Positions 9,413 to 20,946 of a stretch of DNA of 64,000 bases are shown here, one piece after another. The DNA comes from Verrucomicrobiota bacterium. GTDB lineage: Bacteria > Verrucomicrobiota > Verrucomicrobiia > Limisphaerales > Palsa-1400. Both the position numbers and the translations under genes were made by a program. The notes beneath the pieces are model-generated. The model saw nothing but the letters and a program-made list of their open reading frames with translations. It was not told the DNA's origin and ran no database searches. Numbering within the stretch: the first letter of the stretch is position 1; every line of letters starts with the position of its first letter. The DNA is taken from contig JBEKYR010000006.1 of the NCBI GenBank assembly GCA_049510745.1, positions 1 through 64,000 of the forward strand, given 5' to 3'.

Positions 9413-10258
9413 TCAAACCTGCTTGACCACGCCCCAATAGACATCGAGCCGTTTGGAAAGATAGAGGCGGACGGCTTTGAGCAGGGTCCTGGCTTCGAGC
9501 TTTTGGCCGGCGGCGACGATCTGCCTGAGGGTGGCGTTGGAAGGAATGGCCGCGCTGGCCTGGGCGATGATCGGCCCTTCATCCAGGCGCATGCTCACGA
9601 AGTGGGCGGTGACCCCGATGATTTTGACCCCGTATTCGTAAGCCTGGCGATAGGCCTGCGGGCCGGGAAAACTGGGCAGGAGCGAGGGATGGATGTTGAT
9701 GATTTTGTTTTTGTAGCGCCAGACGAAATTGGGCGAGAGGATTTTCATGAAGCGGGCCAGCACGACGAAATCCACCTCGAACTTTTCCAGCAATTGCAGG
9801 GACTGCTTTTCCGCCGCCGCCCGGTCCTCCCAGGGGATGAACACAAACGGCAGCTTGAACTGCCGCGCCAGGCCCGCCAAGTCGCGCCGGTTGGAAATCA
9901 TCACCGCCGGGTCAGCCTGGAGCCGGCCGGCGTTCCACGCCTCCAGCAACGCCTGGGCGCAGTGCGTTTCGCCCGTCGCCATCACCGCCAGGCGCTGACG
10001 GCGGCGGGGATCGTTCCAGCGCACTTTGATTTCCATGTCCAGGTCCCGGGCGAGGGCGGCGAGGCCGGAGGCGAGGGCGGCCTTGTTGGCCGTGCGGCCG
10101 GGCCAGGAGGCCTGGAGCGTCATGCTGAACTGGCCGCGAGTGACCTGTTCCTCGAGTTCCTCGATATTGGCGCGTTGTTCGAAGAGAAAATTGGTAATGC
10201 GCGCGACCACCCCTGTCCGGTCGCGCCCAATCACCGTCAAAACCGCATATTCTTTCAT
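9413..10258 (-). CDS. purU: Formyltetrahydrofolate deformylase
   Basis: N-terminal ACT domain (DRTGVVARIT) plus VLARFMKILS, INIHPSLLPSFPG, GVKIIGVTAHFV, LDEGPII. Confidence 0.92.
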   Translation of the reverse strand: MKEYAVLTVIGRDRTGVVARITNFLFEQRANIEELEEQVTRGQFSMTLQASWPGRTANKAALASGLAALARDLDMEIKVRWNDPRRRQRLAVMATGETHCAQALLEAWNAGRLQADPAVMISNRRDLAGLARQFKLPFVFIPWEDRAAAEKQSLQLLEKFEVDFVVLARFMKILSPNFVWRYKNKIINIHPSLLPSFPGPQAYRQAYEYGVKIIGVTAHFVSMRLDEGPIIAQASAAIPSNATLRQIVAAGQKLEARTLLKAVRLYLSKRLDVYWGVVKQV

Positions 10259-10370
10259 GGTTGCTGCCAGCGGGCCATCAGTGCCACGACCCGCCGCGCG
10301 CGGCAAGACTCGAATCAGACATTCTCATGGCCAGCGCCGGGAGCGGGAGGTAATCTCCCGCATATAATGT

Positions 10371-10817
10371 ATGGCCATACCCGACCTCAGTGCGGATGGA
10401 GTTGTGCCCCCGGGCGTATTCGACTGTACGCTTGGGGAGGTTCGTCAACGATTTGGCGTTTTTCAGGGGAGTGACCAGCGGCCTCGTTTATTTGCGCGTT
10501 TGGCGGAATTGGTGGCCGCAATGGAGCGGAGCGGTTTATTTGAGGCGGTCTTGCTCGACGGGAGCTTCGTCACGACAAAGGCGGCCCCCAACGACATTGA
10601 CTTGATCGCGGTACTGCCGGCCAGTCATAACTTCGAGCGGGAATTGACTGCGTCGGAATACGCCTTGGTTTCACGCTCTTTGCTCAAGGGGCGTTTCGGC
10701 TTGGATGTGGTTCTTGCCAAGAGAGATTCGCCGCTGTATGATACTTACATTGAGTTCTTTGGCCGGGTGCGGGAAGCACCGCATCGGCGGAAGGGCCTGT
10801 TGCGGCTGCGTTTATGA
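10371..10817 (+). CDS. DUF6932-like nucleotidyltransferase-fold protein
   Basis: LDGSFVTTKAAPNDIDL (GS...DxD Pol-beta-type motif), N-terminal GVVPPGV. Confidence 0.7.
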   Translation: MAIPDLSADGVVPPGVFDCTLGEVRQRFGVFQGSDQRPRLFARLAELVAAMERSGLFEAVLLDGSFVTTKAAPNDIDLIAVLPASHNFERELTASEYALVSRSLLKGRFGLDVVLAKRDSPLYDTYIEFFGRVREAPHRRKGLLRLRL

Positions 10818-11026
10818 CCAGTACGGAAGCCATCTTGGACCAAACGGTGGAACAATTGGAGTTGATGAGCAACGCCTTGGCGGCGTTGCGGCGCGAGCAT
10901 CTCCCGGCCCAACCCAAAACGTTCGCCATCCTGGCGGAAGGGCCGCTGGAGGAAATCCGCCGGTTGCAGGCCGAAATCGAGCGGCTTACAGCCGAAATCA
11001 CGGCTGCGCCCACGGCGGCCTCTTGA
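10814..11026 (+). CDS. Small helical partner protein (putative TA component)
   Basis: ATGA overlap with the upstream gene; 70-aa coiled-coil. Confidence 0.65.
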   Translation: MTSTEAILDQTVEQLELMSNALAALRREHLPAQPKTFAILAEGPLEEIRRLQAEIERLTAEITAAPTAAS

Positions 11027-11048
11027 TTGACGAGCACCAACTCAATCG

Positions 11049-12068
11049 TCAGTTCGCAATGATTTTATTCCCGAATATCTGCTTGCCGAAGTCGGACAGT
11101 GAGAATTGGCTTCGGTTTCGGATGCTCTCCTCGACCATTCTCATGAGTGCGCGGGCGGTAATCATGGAAACACTGCGGAGCGGACTATCGGAAAGATATT
11201 CGGCCAACTGCTTTAAATCTGACTCGCGGAAAGATGGTGCCACGACAACAAGATATATTTTGTCGAAGCCCTTGCTTTGAAGTGCTTTTCCATGTTTGAC
11301 AGCATACTCTAAAAATTTTCGGTCCTCGGTGCCAAGCTTGTAGCCGCTGGCGCGCAGCTTTGCATCAATGATGAGAGCGAATCGTTCCTTCGGCGCAGCG
11401 GCGATGGAATCTGCATTACGCCCCGTCCCTTGACCAAGTTGGCTCATTTCAAATCCCAGACACCTAAACGCATCTGAAACCCTCCGCTCAAAGAGTGTAC
11501 TTGTCGAAAGATCAGACGGCTCAAACGGCGGCATCTCTCCGCGAGCGAGAACTTCAAGGTATTGAAGGCATCCAGGCAGGAATGGATGAAGCTGCGGCTG
11601 GAGAACATCTTTGGCAGGCGTCGTTTCAATCGCTGCAATTTGGGGTCGGTCGCCCCAGCCATCGAAATTCAGAATGGCCTTGAATTTGTCGGCGGCGGCG
11701 GGAAGCCACGAGCGGAACTTTTCCCGAAAGGCCCCAATAGAGCCATCGCGAGTGCTGACAGTATGCGTGCGAGTTTTGAGTTCCCGCTGTGCAATACGAA
11801 GCTCTCTTTCCGTTGGGATATGGCCCAAATGTAAACACACTTGCGCGTATTCACGGAAAACATCATCATCTGCCAGCCGGGCCTTAAACTTATTTGTCTG
11901 GCCGCCCACCTCTTCCACAAGTTTACCAAACTTCGGCCAATAATATTCCACGTCGGACATTTTCACACCCGTTTCTTTGGTAAACACCCTGTGGCCCGGT
12001 GTTTCCCCAAGTTTTGCCTGGCAAGCTCTGAACAATTCAATTATTTCGTCTCGGCTGCGGCGCGTCAT
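11049..12068 (-). CDS. Putative endonuclease: two N-terminal homing-endonuclease-associated-like repeats plus a FokI-like PD-(D/E)xK cleavage domain
   Basis: FERRVSDAFRCLGFEMSQLGQGTGRNADSI...LIIDAKLRASGYKLG parallels the FokI catalytic domain; N-terminal repeats KLGETP / HLGHIPT. Confidence 0.7.
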   Translation of the reverse strand: MTRRSRDEIIELFRACQAKLGETPGHRVFTKETGVKMSDVEYYWPKFGKLVEEVGGQTNKFKARLADDDVFREYAQVCLHLGHIPTERELRIAQRELKTRTHTVSTRDGSIGAFREKFRSWLPAAADKFKAILNFDGWGDRPQIAAIETTPAKDVLQPQLHPFLPGCLQYLEVLARGEMPPFEPSDLSTSTLFERRVSDAFRCLGFEMSQLGQGTGRNADSIAAAPKERFALIIDAKLRASGYKLGTEDRKFLEYAVKHGKALQSKGFDKIYLVVVAPSFRESDLKQLAEYLSDSPLRSVSMITARALMRMVEESIRNRSQFSLSDFGKQIFGNKIIAN

Positions 12069-12244
12069 GGTTCCATTAAACCAAAATAGGCACCTGTCAT
12101 CAAGGGCGGAACTCCGCCCCCGTTTGCAATAGGTTGAATGCGCTCCCAAAAGGTAACATGGGTCGCTTGGCAACGCCAGTTGTGAAAAACTGCAAAACTG
12201 AAAAATGAATCGCCCTCTGAGACGGCAGGGCGTAATCTCCCGCC

Positions 12245-12721
12245 ATGCGCATTTACATCGAGAGCACGATTCCCAGCTACGTTGTGGCCCGTCCGGCCCG
12301 CGACCTGCTGCAAGCGGCGCGCCAGCAAACGACCAAAGATTGGTGGGACTTGAAGCGCACCCAGTACGAGTTGTTCACCTCACAGGTCGTTCTCGACGAA
12401 ATAGCGAGCGGCGAGGCGACGATGGCACAACAGCGACTGGATGCTATGGCGCAAATCAAGCTGTTGGATCTGACAGACGAGGCAAATAAGCTCACGAAGG
12501 AGATCCTCGGTTCCGGTTTGCTGCCCGCTGGCGCCGATCGCGACGCCGCTCATATCGCCCTTGCGACGGTCCACGAAATGGATATACTTTTGAGTTGGAA
12601 CTGCCGCCATATCGCCAACGCAGCGATTCAAGCGCGCCTGCGGCGGTTAGCGGAAGAATCGGGTTTTGCACTGCCCGTGCTTTGCACGCCGGACGCACTG
12701 ACTGGAGAACTTTATGAGTAA
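12245..12721 (+). CDS. PIN-domain (VapC-like) toxin
   Basis: IYIESTIPSY, SQVVLDEI, DAAHIALA, LLSWNCRHIAN. Confidence 0.85.
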   Translation: MRIYIESTIPSYVVARPARDLLQAARQQTTKDWWDLKRTQYELFTSQVVLDEIASGEATMAQQRLDAMAQIKLLDLTDEANKLTKEILGSGLLPAGADRDAAHIALATVHEMDILLSWNCRHIANAAIQARLRRLAEESGFALPVLCTPDALTGELYE

Positions 12722-12926
12722 TTCGGCAAAAGAACTGAAGCCAAAGCAGAGCACTGACTTGGTGCTCCAGGAAATCTGGCGCATCAAAGACACGCTCTCG
12801 GCCTCTTACGGACACGATGTGGATCGTCTTTTCGCCGACGCCCGCAAACGGCAAAAACTCTCCGGTCATCCGGTCGTGAACCTTCAAAAGCGGAAAACTG
12901 ACCGCGCCAAAGCGAAAACAGCCTGA
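12714..12926 (+). CDS. Small putative antitoxin partner of the PIN toxin
   Basis: Overlaps the PIN gene stop; DLVLQEIWRIKDTLSASYGHDV resembles small proteins found downstream of such PIN genes. Confidence 0.65.
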   Translation: MSNSAKELKPKQSTDLVLQEIWRIKDTLSASYGHDVDRLFADARKRQKLSGHPVVNLQKRKTDRAKAKTA

Positions 12927-12987
12927 TTTCCAGACTCTCGCTTTTGCAATTTGAACTCCGGCGGCCGATGCGCTTTAATCCGGCCCG

Positions 12988-13539
12988 GTGAATTTGTGCC
13001 GCGCTGTTTTTTTGGATCGTGACGGGACGCTGATCGAGGAGCGGGAGTATCTGTCCCGTCCCGAACAGGTCGCGCCTCTTCCGGGCGCCGGCCCGGCCTT
13101 GCGCTCGCTCCAGAACGCCGGCTTTAAATTGTTTGTCGTTTCCAATCAGTCCGGCGTCGGGCGCGGTTATTTTACGATGGCCGATGCGGCCCGCGTTCAG
13201 GCGCGGTTGGTCGAGGTCTTCGGGCGACAGGGGGTGCGCTTTGAAAAGATTTATGTTGCGCCGGAAGCGCCCGGCCAACCCAGCCGCGGACGCAAACCTT
13301 CGCCGCAATTCCTGCTCGACGCCCGCGATGAGTTTGGTCTGGACCTCGCCGCCAGCTACGTCGTCGGCGACAAGTGGAGCGACTTGGAATGCGGCTGGAA
13401 CGCGGGCGCGAAAAGGTGCATTCTGGTCCGAACCGGCTATGGGAAAAAAGTGGAACAGGAAAACAGGGACCGGCTGGGCGCGGCTTTGGTGGTCGATGAT
13501 CTGGCCGCGGCGGCGGAGTGGATACTTGGCGCAACATGA
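12988..13539 (+). CDS. gmhB: D-glycero-D-manno-heptose 1,7-bisphosphate phosphatase (HAD IIIA)
   Basis: AVFLDRDGTL, VSNQSGVGRG, RKPSP, VGDKWSD. Confidence 0.85.
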   Translation: MNLCRAVFLDRDGTLIEEREYLSRPEQVAPLPGAGPALRSLQNAGFKLFVVSNQSGVGRGYFTMADAARVQARLVEVFGRQGVRFEKIYVAPEAPGQPSRGRKPSPQFLLDARDEFGLDLAASYVVGDKWSDLECGWNAGAKRCILVRTGYGKKVEQENRDRLGAALVVDDLAAAAEWILGAT

Positions 13540-14276
13540 AAATCATTGGAATCATCCCGGCCCGGCACGATTCGAGCCGGTTTCCCGGCAAACCGCTGGC
13601 CCTGATCGCGGGCAAGCCCCTGGTGCAACACGTGGTGGAACGGTGCCAGGAGGCCAAATCGTTGCAGGAGGTCATTGTCGCCACCGATGACACGCGCATC
13701 TGGGAGGTGGCGCAGAGTTTTTGCCGCGCGGAAATGACCGGCCCCGATCATCCCAGCGGCACCGACCGCATCGCCGAAGTGGCGCAGAACCTCGCCTGCG
13801 ACGGCGTGGTGAACATCCAGGGGGACGAAGCGCTGATCGAGCCGGGAGTGATTGACGCGGTGGCGGGAGCGCTGGCCGCGGCGGAAATGTCCACCGCCGC
13901 CGCGCCGCTGGCGGAGGTGCGCGAGTGGGAAAGCCCGGATGTTGTAAAAGTCGTTGTCAACGGCGCGGGCCGGGCCTTATATTTTTCCCGCCGGGCCATT
14001 CCGTATGTCCGTGACGCCGCCACCGGCACAGAGCAGTTGGCGGCGTTTCCGTTTTTGAAGCATATCGGGATCTACGGTTACCGGCGCCAGACGTTGTTGC
14101 GCCTGGTGAAATTTCCGGTTTCTCCGCTGGAAAGGGCCGAGAAGCTCGAACAGTTGCGGGCCTTGGAGAACGGCATCCAGATCGCCGTCGTGCGGGTCAA
14201 TTACGACAGCGTGGGCGTGGACGTGCCGGCGGATGTCAAACGGGTCGAGCAACTGTTGAGAAGACGGCGGGCTTGA
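13536..14276 (+). CDS. kdsB: 3-deoxy-manno-octulosonate cytidylyltransferase
   Basis: IIPARHDSSRFPGKPL, SGTDRIAE, VNIQGDE, HIGIYGY, LEQLRALE. Confidence 0.95.
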   Translation: MKIIGIIPARHDSSRFPGKPLALIAGKPLVQHVVERCQEAKSLQEVIVATDDTRIWEVAQSFCRAEMTGPDHPSGTDRIAEVAQNLACDGVVNIQGDEALIEPGVIDAVAGALAAAEMSTAAAPLAEVREWESPDVVKVVVNGAGRALYFSRRAIPYVRDAATGTEQLAAFPFLKHIGIYGYRRQTLLRLVKFPVSPLERAEKLEQLRALENGIQIAVVRVNYDSVGVDVPADVKRVEQLLRRRRA

Positions 14277-15899
<1,623 letters not shown>

Positions 15900-15948
15900 C
15901 CGGAGGCTTGCCTGAGGGGCCATTTGCGGCTACCTTGACTCCAAGAAC

Positions 15949-16281
15949 ATGCTGCAAGACACGATTGCAAAAATTGAGGGGCGCCTCCAGACCTCCACCG
16001 CGCTCAACGAGAGCCAGCGGGCCGAGTTGCTCAAATTGCTCGGCCAGTTGAAAACGGAGATTGGGCAGTTCTCCAAGACTCACCAGGAACAGGCCGAGAG
16101 CATTGCGTCCTTTGCCGAAGTGTCCACGCGCGAGGCGACGCGCCAAGACAGGAACCCCCGGTTGGTCGAACATTCCATCGGCGGGCTGAAATCGTCGGTG
16201 CAGGAATTTGAAACCAGCCATCCGCATTTGGCCGGCCTGGTCAACCGCCTGGCCAGCATGCTGGCCAATATGGGCATTTAA
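15949..16281 (+). CDS. DUF4404-like helical protein
   Basis: C-terminal FETSHPHLAGLVNRLASMLANMGI signature. Confidence 0.75.
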   Translation: MLQDTIAKIEGRLQTSTALNESQRAELLKLLGQLKTEIGQFSKTHQEQAESIASFAEVSTREATRQDRNPRLVEHSIGGLKSSVQEFETSHPHLAGLVNRLASMLANMGI

Positions 16282-16298
16282 GAAACGGAGGCGCCCGG

Positions 16299-17267
16299 AT
16301 GAAATTTCTCAAAGCGTTCTGGATGGGCGTCTGGAGCGTTGTCTTTGGCGTCAAGAACTTGTGGACGGCCAAGAACAAGGCGCCCGTGCGAAGCCCCAAT
16401 ATGGTCCTCAAAGGCCGGCACGCGCAAATGCTCACGGCGGCCCGCCGGGGCAACATCGAGGCCCAGCGCCAGTTGGCCACCTGCTATTCCGAAGGCGACG
16501 GCGTTGAACAGGATTACACCGAAGCCGCCCACTGGTTCGGCGAAGCCGCCCGGAGCGGGGACCAGGCCGCGCAATTCAGTTTCGGCATCTGTTACGCCAA
16601 TGGACAAGGCGTGGGGCAGGATTACGAAGAGGGGGCGGAATGGTTTCGTCACGCTGCCGAGCAAGGCAACACGGGCGCGCAGGTCAGCCTGGGCCTCTGC
16701 CTGCAAAAGGGGCTGGGCGTTTTTCAAAGTGACGAGGAAGCCGCGCAGTGGTTTCGGCGCGCCGCCGAGAGCGGAGATGCCGCCGGCCAAGTCAGCCTGG
16801 CATCGTGCCTGCAAACCGGCCGCGGCATCCAGAAGAACGACGCCGAGGCGGTGGAATGGTTCCGCAAAGCGGCCGCGGAAGGTTTGGGCGAGGCGGAGTT
16901 CAACCTGGGCAAGTGTTACCAGGACGGAAGAGGCGTCAAGACCGACGAAACCGAAGCCTGCAAATGGTTCCGCTTGGCGGCGGAGAGGGGCCTGCCGCAG
17001 GCGGAATTTGAATTGGCGCTCTGCTGTTTTTACGGACGCGGGATGCCGGCGGATTTGGTGGAAGCTTACACCTGGATGAGCCTGTCCGCGCGGCGCGCCA
17101 TCCCCAACGCCGCTGAACTGCGGGACGAATGGAAAAGGGAAATGTCGCCGGCGCAAATCCAGGAGGGCGACCAGCGCGTGGCCCGGCTCGCCCCCACCCG
17201 GCCCATAGCCAAGCTGGCAAACGTGGAGATGGAAGACGAGGTGGCGGTAAAATTCCCCGAGATTTAA
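16299..17267 (+). CDS. Sel1-repeat protein
   Basis: About six AQxxLGxCYxxGxGVxxDxxEAxxWFRxAAExG repeats. Confidence 0.9.
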   Translation: MKFLKAFWMGVWSVVFGVKNLWTAKNKAPVRSPNMVLKGRHAQMLTAARRGNIEAQRQLATCYSEGDGVEQDYTEAAHWFGEAARSGDQAAQFSFGICYANGQGVGQDYEEGAEWFRHAAEQGNTGAQVSLGLCLQKGLGVFQSDEEAAQWFRRAAESGDAAGQVSLASCLQTGRGIQKNDAEAVEWFRKAAAEGLGEAEFNLGKCYQDGRGVKTDETEACKWFRLAAERGLPQAEFELALCCFYGRGMPADLVEAYTWMSLSARRAIPNAAELRDEWKREMSPAQIQEGDQRVARLAPTRPIAKLANVEMEDEVAVKFPEI

Positions 17268-17285
17268 GGGGGAAACAGTTTGATT

Positions 17286-17591
17286 CTACCGCGCGGGTTT
17301 CAGATGGAACGTGCCGTGGTCGTATTGGCAGCGGTAGGCGCAATTGAATTCCTCTTCGCCGGCCTCGCCCTTGTAACTGTAAACCCCGCCCGCCAGCCGC
17401 CCCAGGTCTGCGTCTCCTTCCAACTGCAGTTTTCGGCCGCTCATCCAGCCGTGAAGCGGGACGGTGTAACAGACGCGCAAGGCGCCGCAATAGACGGCGT
17501 GGAAGGTCGCCTGGTAGCTGCCCGCTGCGGTATTGCTCAAGACGCACCGCATCGCGCCATGATGGCCGTTGGCGGGAAGGACATTTAACAT
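17286..17591 (-). CDS. Hypothetical beta-rich protein, possibly N-terminally truncated
   Basis: NGHHGAMRCVL...ADLGRLAGGVYSYKG...YRCQYDHGTFHL; no signal peptide; directly abuts the TA module. Confidence 0.45.
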   Translation of the reverse strand: MLNVLPANGHHGAMRCVLSNTAAGSYQATFHAVYCGALRVCYTVPLHGWMSGRKLQLEGDADLGRLAGGVYSYKGEAGEEEFNCAYRCQYDHGTFHLKPAR

Positions 17592-17608
17592 CCTTGGCGC
17601 CTTTCGCG

Positions 17609-17926
17609 TTATAGGCCCAAACGCTCCGCCAGTCTGTCGAGGACCGCGTCAAATTCGGCCCGTGTTAACTCGCCGAGTTTGCGTTCGAGCTTCACGCTGG
17701 CAACTGTCGCGACGCGTTGCACGTCAAACGCCCCATCCTGATCAAGAAAGAACTTGTGAAATGGAACTTCCCAGCGATTGCCTCGCCGGGATGTTGTATG
17801 CGCGATCACTGTGAAAACATCGAGTTCGTTGTCTGCGGGCGGGCGCGTAAGAACAAGGCAAGGGCGCACCTTGGCTGTCATTCCCAAATCCACCATCCAA
17901 ACCTCACCGGGTTTGGCGGCGCGCAT
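17609..17926 (-). CDS. PemK/MazF family toxin
   Basis: KPGEVWMVDLGMTAKVRPCLVL...HTTS. Confidence 0.85.
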   Translation of the reverse strand: MRAAKPGEVWMVDLGMTAKVRPCLVLTRPPADNELDVFTVIAHTTSRRGNRWEVPFHKFFLDQDGAFDVQRVATVASVKLERKLGELTRAEFDAVLDRLAERLGL

Positions 17927-18089
17927 CAGACTTCTCCTCCCGGTCGGTATCCTCGAACATCGCGTTGGCCGCCTCGTGCAGGAAGAGAAGGCCATCCCGC
18001 TCGTCGATTTCTCGCAGCCGCCGCAGCACGGCGGAACGCTCCTTCGCCGTCAACTTCGGCAGCTCTTCAATAATCTCGGCCACGCTCAT
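17904..18089 (-). CDS. Putative antitoxin of the PemK/MazF pair
   Basis: 61-aa ORF MSVAEIIEELPKLTAKER overlapping the toxin start. Confidence 0.7.
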   Translation of the reverse strand: MSVAEIIEELPKLTAKERSAVLRRLREIDERDGLLFLHEAANAMFEDTDREEKSDARRQTR

Positions 18090-18159
18090 CTTGTGTAAAC
18101 TACCGCTTTTCTTGCCCAGCGGCAAGCGTTGTCTTACTGCGCGTTCGTCACGAAAGGAT

Positions 18160-20022
18160 TTAGGCGCGGCGCGGCTGGAAGGAATCCTCGGCGAAGATTT
18201 GGCGGGGATGCGTGCCCAAATGGCCGGCAATCTCGGCCAAAAAGACCGCGCCGAATTCGCGCAGTTTCTTCTCCCCAACGCCGCTGATGCCCGCCATTTG
18301 TTCGTCGTCGGCCGGGTAATACCGCGCCATCTGCCGCAGCGACACGTCGGAAAAAACAATGTAGGCCGGCACGTTGCGCTCATCGGCCAGCGTCTTGCGC
18401 AGGCGGCGCAGGCGGTCGAAGAGTTCCTCGTCGCAGGCGATTTCGCCGGAGCGCCGGATTTTCTCGCGCGGCGGCGGGGCGGCCATCGGCTCGGTCAAGA
18501 TGATCTTTTTCCGCTCGCGCAGGGCGCTGAAACCGTCGTCGGTCAGTTCGAGGGTGCTGAATTTGCCCGCGTCCTGGCGCAGGAGGCCCAGGCGGATGAG
18601 CTCGCGGCCGATGGCCTGCCATTCCGGGCGGGTGCGCTCGCGGCCGATCCCGTAGGTGGAAAGCGCCTGGTGCCCCCAACGCTGGATTTTTTCCGTCTCC
18701 GCGCCGGTCAGGACTTCAACGACGTGGTTCAGGCCGACGCCGAACTGGCTCCGTTGGCGGATGCGAAAGACGCAGGAGAGGAGTTTTTGCGCGGCCACCG
18801 TGCCGTCGAACGTGGCGCGGGGCGAGAGGCAATTGTCGCAGCCGCCGCAATTGGCGCCCTGGAAAACTTCCCCGAAATAGCGCAGCAACTCGGCGCGCCG
18901 GCAGCCGCCGGACTCGGCGTAATGCACAATTTGACGGAGTTGTTCGCGGGCGATCTGCTGTTCTTCCGGCGGTTTCTCCTCGATGAATCGCTGCTGCTTG
19001 ACGGTGTCGCCCGCGCTGAAAAGAAGGACGCATTCGCCGGGCAACCCGTCGCGTCCGGCGCGCCCGGTTTCCTGGTAATAGCCCTCGATATTCTTGGGGA
19101 GATCGGCGTGGAGGACGAAGCGGACATTGGGTTTGTTGATGCCCATGCCGAAGGCGATGGTCGCACAAATCACCCGCACTTCATCGCGCAGGAAAAGTTC
19201 CTGGTGGTCGGTCCGTTCCCTGGCCGTCAGCCCGGCGTGATACGGCTTGGCGGGAATCCCGTTTTTCGAGAGGTGGGCGGCGAGCCGGTCCGCGCTATTG
19301 CGGCTGTGGCAATAAACGATGCCGCTGTCGCGCGGGCGCTCCCGCAAAAAGGCCAGCACCTGCGCGAAGGGCTTGGCTTTGGCGACGACGCGATAGGTGA
19401 GATTGGGGCGGTTGAAGCTGGCGACGAAACGGCTGGGATCGCGCAATTGCAGCAGGGTGACGATGTCTTCCCGCACGCGCGTGGTGGCGGTGGCGGTCAA
19501 GGCCATCATCGGGACATTTGGAAAAAGGGCGCGCAATTGGGAAAGCTGGCGGTATTCAGGGCGAAAATCGTGGCCCCATTCGCTGATGCAGTGCGCCTCA
19601 TCGACCGCGATCAGATTCACGTTCCAATTTTGCAAATCGCTCAAAAAGCCCGACAGCATCAAGCGCTCCGGCGCGGCGTAGAGAAGGCGAAACTCGTGCC
19701 GGTGCAGGCCGCGCAGGCGTTGGCGGGCGTCGGCGGTGTTCAGAGTGGAATTGAGAAAGGTCGCCCCGATGCCGGCGGCCTGGAGCGCGTCCACCTGATC
19801 CTTCATGAGCGCGATCAAGGGCGAAACGACGACGGTCAATCCGGGCCGCAGCAGGGCCGGCAATTGGAAGCAGAGCGATTTGCCCCCGCCGGTGGGCAGG
19901 AGCGCGAAGACATCCTTGCCCGCCAGGGCATCGCGGATGATCTCCCGTTGCAGAGGCCGAAAGGAAGTGAAGCCGAAATAACGCTTAAGCAATTCGAGCC
20001 ACGATTTTTCGCCGTCGTCCAT
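18160..20022 (-). CDS. recQ: ATP-dependent DNA helicase RecQ
   Basis: PTGGGKSLCFQLP, VDEAHCISEWGHDFRPEY, QETGRAGRDG, RQC zinc cysteines, HRDC domain. Confidence 0.97.
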   Translation of the reverse strand: MDDGEKSWLELLKRYFGFTSFRPLQREIIRDALAGKDVFALLPTGGGKSLCFQLPALLRPGLTVVVSPLIALMKDQVDALQAAGIGATFLNSTLNTADARQRLRGLHRHEFRLLYAAPERLMLSGFLSDLQNWNVNLIAVDEAHCISEWGHDFRPEYRQLSQLRALFPNVPMMALTATATTRVREDIVTLLQLRDPSRFVASFNRPNLTYRVVAKAKPFAQVLAFLRERPRDSGIVYCHSRNSADRLAAHLSKNGIPAKPYHAGLTARERTDHQELFLRDEVRVICATIAFGMGINKPNVRFVLHADLPKNIEGYYQETGRAGRDGLPGECVLLFSAGDTVKQQRFIEEKPPEEQQIAREQLRQIVHYAESGGCRRAELLRYFGEVFQGANCGGCDNCLSPRATFDGTVAAQKLLSCVFRIRQRSQFGVGLNHVVEVLTGAETEKIQRWGHQALSTYGIGRERTRPEWQAIGRELIRLGLLRQDAGKFSTLELTDDGFSALRERKKIILTEPMAAPPPREKIRRSGEIACDEELFDRLRRLRKTLADERNVPAYIVFSDVSLRQMARYYPADDEQMAGISGVGEKKLREFGAVFLAEIAGHLGTHPRQIFAEDSFQPRRA

Positions 20023-20124
20023 CGGCGCGCAGTAAAACGGAAGGGGCTGAAGAAAGCGAGCTTTTCGGGCCGAATGCGGGTTGCCGTTGTTGACAAACCC
20101 TCCCGTGAGCGGCCTCTTGCGCGG

Positions 20125-20268
20125 ATGAGCCAGACGCTTGAAATGACTCCGTTCCAGCGCGTGGATTGGCAGACCCTGGCCGCGCGCCAATCGCCCGGCG
20201 GCGGCGTGTACCGCTTCACCGACAGCACGTCAACCAACCACATCCAGCGATTTTACCAGGTGCATTAA
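20125..20268 (+). pseudogene. Isolated remnant of the shared C-terminal domain of secreted proteins
   Basis: DWQTLAARQSPGGGVYRFTDSTSTNHIQRFYQVH* matches the C-termini of the intact secreted proteins in the window. Confidence 0.55.
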
Positions 20269-20324
20269 GCCCGCGTTTTCGAGGAAGTCATGCAACTTCC
20301 CGGCAGTCGAAATGATTAAGAGGC

Positions 20325-20765
<441 letters not shown>

Positions 20766-20769
<4 letters not shown>

Positions 20770-20875
20770 GACTCACTTCCTTTCGTAGGTCGCAGGAAGG
20801 AAACCTCCCAGCTTCAGCGGCTGCATGCGCAACGCGAACCGGCACTTATTCTCGGGGCAGCGGGGGCAGGGAAAC
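20766..20875 (+). pseudogene. N-terminal shard of a P-loop ATP-binding protein
   Basis: Manual translation FVGRRKETSQLQRLHAQREPALILGAAGAGK (Walker A), then breaks off. Confidence 0.55.
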
Positions 20876-20946
20876 GCCGGAGACTCATGGGGAGAACACC
20901 CCATAGTCATGGCGCGGCCAGTGGTTAAAGTGTTGCCGTGCGAGCG

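Noticed and set aside
17965..20268. 767-aa plus-strand ORF
   Set aside because: Antisense to recQ; only the last ~35 codons look like a real domain remnant
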